Below, piece by piece: positions 48,239-54,820 of a stretch of DNA of 56,864 nt (positions are counted from its first letter, which is position 1; every line of letters begins with the position of its first letter). The notes under the pieces were generated by a model that worked only from the letters and a program-made list of their open reading frames with translations, did not search any database and had not been told where the DNA came from. The DNA comes from Candidatus Omnitrophota bacterium. Lineage in GTDB: Bacteria > Omnitrophota > Gorgyraeia > Zapsychrales > Zapsychraceae. Both the position numbers and the translations under genes were made by a program. The stretch spans positions 1-56,864 of the forward strand of contig JAGOSC010000007.1 in assembly GCA_018062515.1 (NCBI GenBank), written 5' to 3'.

Positions 48239-49258
48239 ATGAAAATTGCCATTATCGGGGCTGGTGCCATAGGATCAACCTTGGCGGCTTACTTACATAA
48301 AGCCGGAAAAGAAGTGGTCTTAATTGGACAAGAAGGACAGGTCAAAGTTATTAATTCAAAAGGCCTAATGATCCGTCGAGCGGGAAACGATGAAGTTTTT
48401 AAAATTAAAACTTTATCAAAACTCGATCGGGAATATGACTTAGTCATTTTTGCGACGAAGACACAAGATCTTGAGGCGGCTTATTATCAAAACTCTGATT
48501 ATTTGGAAAATTGTTTTGTGTTAACGACTCAGAATGGCGTCCAGGGGGATAATATTTTGAGTAGTCATTTTGACAGAAAAAATCAGATGAGCAGTATTGT
48601 CATGTTTGGTGCTACGTATATAAATCCTGGTGAAATCATCTTTAATTTTCCTGGTGATTGGATTGTCGGTAAACCATTTACCGACAATGACCCGACATTT
48701 CATGGAATATTATCCGAGCTTAAGATGCCCGAAATTCCGATTGTTGTATCCAACGATATTTATGGAATGAAATATTTAAAATTATTTATTAATTTTAATA
48801 ATTGTATTCCGGCGGTGATTGGAAAATCCATGCAGGAAACATTTTCAGATTTGGATCTTTGTCGTTTGAGTATTCGCTTATTGAAAGAAGGATTAGATAT
48901 TCTTAAGACAGTTAATATTGAAATCGTTTCATTGCCTACATTTCCTAAGGAAAGAATTATTGGATTGACCCAAATGCCTGAAGATCAGGCGGCGGGGATT
49001 GTGCAGCAGACATTAATGAAATTAAGCAAAGAACCTTTATACGGTTCAATTTTGCAAAGTATTATGCGCGGTAAACCGTCGGAGATTGAATTTATCAACG
49101 GTGAAGTAGTGGCCTTAGCCAAAGCCATACAGCTTGAAGCTCCTTTGAATCAACAAATTGTTGATCTTGTTCACGTGGTGGAACAAAAGCATAAATATTT
49201 TACCGTCGAGGAAATTAAAGAGAAATTTAAATTAACAGAATCAGTTTTAAAGAAATAA
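48239..49258 (+). CDS. Ketopantoate-reductase (PanE/ApbA) family oxidoreductase
   Basis: MKIAIIGAGAIGS Rossmann N-terminus. Length is 339 aa and the layout is typical of the family. Substrate unknown. Confidence 0.7.
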   Translation: MKIAIIGAGAIGSTLAAYLHKAGKEVVLIGQEGQVKVINSKGLMIRRAGNDEVFKIKTLSKLDREYDLVIFATKTQDLEAAYYQNSDYLENCFVLTTQNGVQGDNILSSHFDRKNQMSSIVMFGATYINPGEIIFNFPGDWIVGKPFTDNDPTFHGILSELKMPEIPIVVSNDIYGMKYLKLFINFNNCIPAVIGKSMQETFSDLDLCRLSIRLLKEGLDILKTVNIEIVSLPTFPKERIIGLTQMPEDQAAGIVQQTLMKLSKEPLYGSILQSIMRGKPSEIEFINGEVVALAKAIQLEAPLNQQIVDLVHVVEQKHKYFTVEEIKEKFKLTESVLKK

Positions 49259-49269
49259 TAGGATAAATC

Positions 49270-50535
49270 ATGAAAAAAAGAAGAGTGGTCGTGACGGGGA
49301 TTGGTGTCATCTCTCCGAATGGAATAGGAAAAGAAGCTTGTTGGGACGGAATGATTAATGGCCGATCAGCTATTAAAAGAGTGACTGAATTTGATGTCTC
49401 CATGTTTAATACAAAAATCGCTGCCCAGGTGCATGATTTTGATCCGATTAAATTGGGATTAACGCGAGACGAAGCGATTCGTACCGATCGTTATGTTCAG
49501 TTTGCCATGGTCGCTGCGCGCATGGCTTTGGAAGATTCTGGAATCAATTTGGAAAAGATTGATCGAACCCGCATGGGTGTTTCATTGGCTAATGCGATTT
49601 GCGGAACAAAATATATGGAAGAAGAATTCGCGCTCGTCACCGACAGCGGAAAAAATCCAATCGATCCGACGATCGTTCGGCCAGATCTTTACGATGCATC
49701 GATGTTTAATACACCGTCGAGTGAAATTTCAGCTAAGTATGGATTAAAAGGTGTTTGCAACACAATCTCGACGGGATGTACCGCCGGAACAGATTCGGTT
49801 GGATTTTCTTTTGAAGCGATTCAAGACGGGGATGTTGACATTATGGTTACCGGAGCGTCGGAAGCGCCGATCACACCCATTACCTTTGGTGCTTTTGATA
49901 CAGTGAATGTTTTATCGGTTCATAATGAACATCCCGAAAAAGCTTCACGGCCATTTGATTCCAAACGTAATGGATTTGTTATTTCTGAAGGCGCCGGTTT
50001 ATTGGTCGTCGAGGAATTGGAGCATGCCAAAGCCCGAGGCGCCAGAATTTATTGTGAAATCGTTGGATTCGGTACTACGTGCAATGCATTTCACATGACC
50101 GATTTACCGCCGGAAGGTGACGCGAAAGCGGCATGCATCAATATGGCCCTCGAAGATGCCCAAGTTAAACCGACGGATATTGACTATATTAATGCTCATG
50201 GATCATCCACGCGGCAGAATGATGTCTTCGAAACAAATGCTTATAAAATGGTTTTTGGCGATTATGCATATAAAGTGCCGATCAGTTCGCTTAAGTCGAT
50301 GATCGGCCATCCGCTCGCCGGTGCTAATGGCATTGAATTAGCAGTGGGCGCATTAATTTTTGAACGCGACATGCTTCCTCCGACGATTAATCAAGAGTTT
50401 CCTGATCCACAGTGTGACCTTGATTACGTTCCCAATAAAGCGAGAAAGCTACGCGTCAACTGTATGTTAAAAACATCCAGCGGATTTTCAGGAATACATT
50501 CGGCGATGGTTTTACGTCGATATAATAAAAATTAG
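49270..50535 (+). CDS. Beta-ketoacyl synthase, type II PKS KS-alpha-like
   Basis: ISTGCTAGTD (Cys170, nt 49777-49779), NAFHMTD, INAHGSST, SLKSMIGHPLGA and DPQCDLDYVP motifs. 421 aa. Confidence 0.9.
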   Translation: MKKRRVVVTGIGVISPNGIGKEACWDGMINGRSAIKRVTEFDVSMFNTKIAAQVHDFDPIKLGLTRDEAIRTDRYVQFAMVAARMALEDSGINLEKIDRTRMGVSLANAICGTKYMEEEFALVTDSGKNPIDPTIVRPDLYDASMFNTPSSEISAKYGLKGVCNTISTGCTAGTDSVGFSFEAIQDGDVDIMVTGASEAPITPITFGAFDTVNVLSVHNEHPEKASRPFDSKRNGFVISEGAGLLVVEELEHAKARGARIYCEIVGFGTTCNAFHMTDLPPEGDAKAACINMALEDAQVKPTDIDYINAHGSSTRQNDVFETNAYKMVFGDYAYKVPISSLKSMIGHPLAGANGIELAVGALIFERDMLPPTINQEFPDPQCDLDYVPNKARKLRVNCMLKTSSGFSGIHSAMVLRRYNKN

Positions 50536-50543
50536 GAGTTTAA

Positions 50544-51776
50544 ATGAATAAAATAGCCATCACTGGTTTTGGTGTTGTCTCGCCCAGCGGGATTGATGCT
50601 AGAAAATTTTGGGCCAACGTTAAAGCTGGTCATTCTGCCGTCGAATCCATTACGCGATTTGATGCTTCAAAATATACATCACGCATTGCGGGCCATGTCC
50701 ATGAACTCGACGTTTACAGTAGTGTGTCGTCGAGATTATTGAAGAAAATTGATGTTTTTTCTCATATGGCGCTGGTAGCGTCGGAGATGGCTATTACCGA
50801 TGCGAAATTGGATTTAGAAAAAGAAAATCTCAATCGTGCCGGAATTTTTATGGGCAATGCAATTGGCGGTTGGCTGTACGGTGAAACGGAATTACGCGAT
50901 TTATATATTGAAGGGCGTGAAGGCGTCAGTCCTTTTATGGCGTCCGCGTGGTTTCCCGCGGCCCCTCAGGGACAAGTTTCGATTCGCTACGGAATGAAAG
51001 GTTATAGTAAAACGGTCGTCGCTGATCGAGCCAGTTCATTAATGGCTATCGCTTATGGCGCGCGAACGTTAAATCGAGGTAAAAATGATTTTATTCTCGC
51101 TGGTGGAATGGAAGCGCCGGTAACTCCTTATGCTTTATTATGCTGCCAAACATCGGGTGTTTTAACACAACAAAATGAAAATCCCTCGACGGCGTATAAA
51201 CCTTTTGACCGAAACCGCGACGGGTTCGCGATTGCCGAAGGTGCGGGTGTTGTTACTTTAGAATCTTTCGAGAGGGCTCAAAAACGCGGAGCACATGTTT
51301 ACGCCAACATTGTCGGCTTCGGAACGACGACGGATGGCGTTGACCGAATTGATCCATCTGATGATGGAATAGAGTTAGCGCGAGCGATAAAGTTAGCTCT
51401 CGACGACGCAAAGTTGAAACCAAGTGATATTGATTATATTTGTCTCGATGGAGCCGCAACAATACTCGGCGATATTGGCGAAACAAAAGCCATTAAACAA
51501 GTTTTTAATGGTCATTCTAAGAAGTTACTTTGTTCAGCGCCGAAAGCTACTTATGGAAATATGTTGGGCGCGACAGGTGCCGTCGATGTCATCACCACTA
51601 TTTTGGCGATGAAACATAATATTGTTCCACCGACGACTAATTCGAATGATCCAGATCCGCAATGTGATTTAAATATATGCAGAAATACCGCTCAAGAACG
51701 TCAAATTAATAATGCATTGATTATTAATCGCGGACGCGGCGGTATCAACTGTGCTTTAATTTTACAAAAACCGTAA
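50544..51776 (+). CDS. Ketosynthase-fold partner lacking the active-site Cys (chain-length-factor / KS-beta-like)
   Basis: KS fold throughout. The active-site segment reads VVADRASSLMA, with Arg162 (nt 51027-51029) where KS has Cys and CLF has Gln. DPDPQCDLN near the C-terminus. Starts 8 nt after the KS stop. Confidence 0.8.
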   Translation: MNKIAITGFGVVSPSGIDARKFWANVKAGHSAVESITRFDASKYTSRIAGHVHELDVYSSVSSRLLKKIDVFSHMALVASEMAITDAKLDLEKENLNRAGIFMGNAIGGWLYGETELRDLYIEGREGVSPFMASAWFPAAPQGQVSIRYGMKGYSKTVVADRASSLMAIAYGARTLNRGKNDFILAGGMEAPVTPYALLCCQTSGVLTQQNENPSTAYKPFDRNRDGFAIAEGAGVVTLESFERAQKRGAHVYANIVGFGTTTDGVDRIDPSDDGIELARAIKLALDDAKLKPSDIDYICLDGAATILGDIGETKAIKQVFNGHSKKLLCSAPKATYGNMLGATGAVDVITTILAMKHNIVPPTTNSNDPDPQCDLNICRNTAQERQINNALIINRGRGGINCALILQKP

Positions 51777-51800
51777 ATATTTGTTACAAAGGAGAGAGTC

Positions 51801-52037
51801 GTGGCTGTCGAAACAACACTTAATCGTATTTTTAATAAAGTATTAGACCTTAGTCCTGAAGATATTGTTAAGGATGAGCCTCTGGATCAAGCGCATGAAG
51901 TCGACTCAACCGAAATGGTGGAGATTTCCGTCGGGCTTAAGAAAGAATTAAAGATTGATATCGGTGATAATGAATTAAAGAAAACACATTCTTATAAAGA
52001 TATCGTCGGTATTTTAAAGGCTAAAGGAATTGCGTAA
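51801..52037 (+). CDS. Acyl carrier protein
   Basis: 78 aa. EVDSTEMVEI matches the (L/V)DS(L/T)..VE phosphopantetheine-Ser motif. GTG start with SD AAGGAGAG. Confidence 0.8.
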   Translation: MAVETTLNRIFNKVLDLSPEDIVKDEPLDQAHEVDSTEMVEISVGLKKELKIDIGDNELKKTHSYKDIVGILKAKGIA

Positions 52038-52139
52038 ATGTTGCAGACCAGTAAACAAAAGATCATAGCCGGATTTATATTGATTGGTTTGGCGGCTATT
52101 ATTTCTTTATATATTTTTTATTCTATTTTCGACGCGTAA
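52038..52139 (+). CDS. Candidate 33-aa single-TM micro-protein
   Basis: MLQTSKQKIIAGFILIGLAAIISLYIFYSIFDA. The ATG immediately abuts the ACP stop (TAAATG). Below the ORF-track cutoff. Confidence 0.35.
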   Translation: MLQTSKQKIIAGFILIGLAAIISLYIFYSIFDA

Positions 52140-52177
52140 AAGAAATTTAGTCACTAAACATCAAGTAAAGGATTTGA

Positions 52178-52978
52178 ATGAAGATTATTGATTTAAGTTT
52201 GCCCATTGACGATACCTTAATAGAAACACATGACGCCAAGATTGACCGCATCACGCATGCCGCTGGAGTTGAGCATTTTAATTGGGTGGTTATGAATAAA
52301 CGGCCAGGCGGGCAAGAGGCGTTTGATCGTGGAGAAAGGGTAGCGACCAAAGAAGAAATTCCAGATGGTGAAATGTTATCATTGGAAATTGTTCATTCAT
52401 CCGTTCATATGGGAACTCACGTGGATGCTCCGTTTCACTATGGCAGTACCTGTGAAGGGAAGCCAGCCAAACAAATTGAAGATGTTCCTTTGGAATGGTG
52501 TTTTGGTCCGGGGGTTGTTCTTGATTTTACACACATGCATTATCCGCAGAATATTACTAAAAAAGAAATTATCGAAGCGTTGGACAAAATCAATTATCAC
52601 CTCAAACCTTTGGATATTGTTCTTATTTATACCGGAGGCGATAAACTTCTCGGAACGCCTGACTATGTGAATAAATATGTCGGTATGATGCCCGACGCTG
52701 TTGAATATTTGTTGGACCAGGGAATTAAGATGATGGGCGTTGATACCATCGGTTTAGATCGTCCGTGTTTTGAAATGTTCAAAGAATTTTTAGAAACGAA
52801 AGATAAATCAAAGATTTGGCCGTCCCATTTTCTTGGGCGCCGGCGTGAATATTGTCATATGGAACGGTTGGGTAATTTGGGTGCGATCCCTAAACCATAT
52901 GGATTTACTGTGTCTTGTTTGCCAGTGAAGGTAAAGAATGCTGGAGCTGGATGGAGTAGGGTTGTCGCTATTGTTTAA
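52178..52978 (+). CDS. Cyclase-family protein (kynurenine-formamidase fold, PF04199-like)
   Basis: HSSVHMGTHVDAPFH metal-binding signature. 266 aa. Confidence 0.75.
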   Translation: MKIIDLSLPIDDTLIETHDAKIDRITHAAGVEHFNWVVMNKRPGGQEAFDRGERVATKEEIPDGEMLSLEIVHSSVHMGTHVDAPFHYGSTCEGKPAKQIEDVPLEWCFGPGVVLDFTHMHYPQNITKKEIIEALDKINYHLKPLDIVLIYTGGDKLLGTPDYVNKYVGMMPDAVEYLLDQGIKMMGVDTIGLDRPCFEMFKEFLETKDKSKIWPSHFLGRRREYCHMERLGNLGAIPKPYGFTVSCLPVKVKNAGAGWSRVVAIV

Positions 52979-52992
52979 AAAAGGATTTGAAT

Positions 52993-53106
52993 ATGACCGA
53001 TGATAAGAATTCAAACCAGCCTTCAAAGTACAAATTTACCCGCGATGACTTTATTTTGTTATTAGTCATTATTTGGGCCATCTGTATGATCGTTTTTCGA
53101 TATTAA
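52993..53106 (+). CDS. Candidate 37-aa single-TM micro-protein
   Basis: MTDDKNSNQPSKYKFTRDDFILLLVIIWAICMIVFRY. AAGGA lies 8 nt upstream. Below the ORF-track cutoff. Confidence 0.35.
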   Translation: MTDDKNSNQPSKYKFTRDDFILLLVIIWAICMIVFRY

Positions 53107-53151
53107 TTAGCTCTTCATACTGAATTCTTATATATTTACTCTAATATATAG

Positions 53152-53188
53152 GCAAGAAAGGGTTTTATATCTTTTCTTGCTTTTTTAT
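53152..53188 (+). terminator. Rho-independent terminator inside the accessory block
   Basis: GCAAGAAAGGG / CTTTTCTTGC stem of about 11 bp (with G-U pairs), a 7-nt loop, then TTTTTTATT. Confidence 0.65.
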
Positions 53189-53266
53189 TAAGTTTTTCAT
53201 ACTATATATATTAATTATAATTTATATAAGAAGTCTTATACGTAATAATCGTTAAGGAGGATTTTC

Positions 53267-53722
53267 ATGGCTCATACAGTCAATTCCATATTTATTCAAG
53301 CACCCTTTGAGATCACCTTTAAGATTTCCAATCATATTGAGCGCTGGACAGAGTTGTTTGGCGATGAATACGTTAGCGCGGATGTGCTGGAGCGTAAAGG
53401 TAATGAAATTACTTTTCGATTAACGGACGAAGATGGTAAATCATGGGTGTCTAAACGTTGGCTGCATCCAGAACAAAAATATGCTTATGCTTCCCGGCAT
53501 GATCCGATGTTTCCTTTTAAATATATGAAAATTGTTTGGTTTTATCATGAGCAGGATGGCGGCACGCTCATGACATGGGTACAGGATTTTGAAATGGATC
53601 CTGGATTTAAAAAATTTACGGAAGAACAGATTGCCGGATTTATTAACGAACATTCGCAGCATAATTTAAAAATTTTTAAAAACGTGATTGAGAAAGAAGC
53701 GGCGCAAACCGCCCATAAATAA
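53267..53722 (+). CDS. SRPBCC-superfamily protein (polyketide cyclase/dehydrase-like)
   Basis: 151 aa. The N-terminal ..SIFIQAPFEITFKISNHIERW.ELF.. matches the usual start of Polyketide_cyc2/TcmN-ARO-like domains. SD AAGGAGG upstream. Confidence 0.68.
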   Translation: MAHTVNSIFIQAPFEITFKISNHIERWTELFGDEYVSADVLERKGNEITFRLTDEDGKSWVSKRWLHPEQKYAYASRHDPMFPFKYMKIVWFYHEQDGGTLMTWVQDFEMDPGFKKFTEEQIAGFINEHSQHNLKIFKNVIEKEAAQTAHK

Positions 53723-53759
53723 AATTTGAGATCATCAATAAATACGAAAGTGAGTCATT

Positions 53760-54533
53760 ATGAAATTAACAGGCAAAAACGCAATTATTACTGGAGCATC
53801 AAAAGGAATTGGAAACGCGATAGCGACACGTTTGGCTATAGAAGGCGCTAATGTTGTCCTAGCGGCAAGAACCAAATCAACCCTGGATGAAGCGGTCAAT
53901 GAAATTAAAAAACAATCCAATGCGGGTGTTTTAGGTGTTGTGTGTGATGTGGCTAATTTTGAAGATTTACAAAATTTAGTCGATACGGCCCGCAAGAATT
54001 TTGGTCCGATTGATATTCTCATTAATAATGCCGGCGTGTCCAGCCAATATCCTTTCGAAAAACAACCGTTTGAAGATTTCGAAAAACTGGTCCAAACAAA
54101 CTACCTCGGATATGTCCGCCTCATTCGTCTGGTCATCAATGAAATGATTGAACGCAAACAAGGATCGATTATCAATACCGTTTCTGGTTCGACGCTGGTT
54201 GATCCAATTCCGCGCGGATTTCTAACTTACAGTTCTCTTAAGGTTGGACTGAAAGCATTCTTAAAAGGATTATTTTGGGAAATGCGTGATCATGGAATTA
54301 AAGTGACCTCAATTCTTCCTGGCGTTGTTGATTCAGACTTAACGGATAAACTTCAACATATTACGCGCGAACAAAAAGATCGTTTGATGAGTACACAGAC
54401 CGTCGTCGATATGGTCATGTTTGCATTATCTCTTCCAGCGAATGTTTGTCCTCTGGAATTAGCTGTAATTAATCAGCAAACACCATGGACGCAACCGATC
54501 ATTGATTACAAACAGCAACAGGCAAAAGCTTAA
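53760..54533 (+). CDS. Short-chain dehydrogenase/reductase (ketoreductase-type)
   Basis: TGASKGIG cofactor motif, NNAG, and a YSSLK catalytic Tyr-x3-Lys. 257 aa. Confidence 0.9.
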   Translation: MKLTGKNAIITGASKGIGNAIATRLAIEGANVVLAARTKSTLDEAVNEIKKQSNAGVLGVVCDVANFEDLQNLVDTARKNFGPIDILINNAGVSSQYPFEKQPFEDFEKLVQTNYLGYVRLIRLVINEMIERKQGSIINTVSGSTLVDPIPRGFLTYSSLKVGLKAFLKGLFWEMRDHGIKVTSILPGVVDSDLTDKLQHITREQKDRLMSTQTVVDMVMFALSLPANVCPLELAVINQQTPWTQPIIDYKQQQAKA

Positions 54534-54573
54534 AAATATTTTAAACCAAAAAAATTAAAAGGAGGTGATTAGA

Positions 54574-54807
54574 ATGGATAAAACGATAGCGACATTTTCA
54601 AAAAACAAGTTCCAGGAAATTCGCGTAGGCATCCGTGAGTTCAAAGGTAATGACCTGATTGATATCAGAACATGGACCATGACTCAAGGAACGGAAGAAA
54701 TGGTTCCTACCGCCAAAGGTGTTTCCATCAATATTCATTTATTGGCCGATTTAAAAAAATGTCTGGATGACGTGGAAAGAATTTTAAAAGAAAATAAAAT
54801 GCTTTAA
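54574..54807 (+). CDS. PC4/YdbC-like small ssDNA-binding-fold protein
   Basis: F.KN.FQEIRVGIREFKGNDLIDIRTW....G.E.MVPTAKGVSI resembles the PC4 family. The ATG at 54574 follows SD AAAGGAGG. Family call is tentative. Confidence 0.5.
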   Translation: MDKTIATFSKNKFQEIRVGIREFKGNDLIDIRTWTMTQGTEEMVPTAKGVSINIHLLADLKKCLDDVERILKENKML

Positions 54808-54820
54808 TTGACGGTTTTTC

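Noticed and set aside
49270-51776. Reading the KS pair as ordinary fatty-acid synthase FabF/FabB genes.
   Set aside because: The second subunit lacks the catalytic Cys. The first has the STGCT(A/S)G motif rather than a FabF-type motif. No fabG-fabZ-fabI-acpP-fabD housekeeping arrangement is present. This rejection is provisional until a phylogeny is done.
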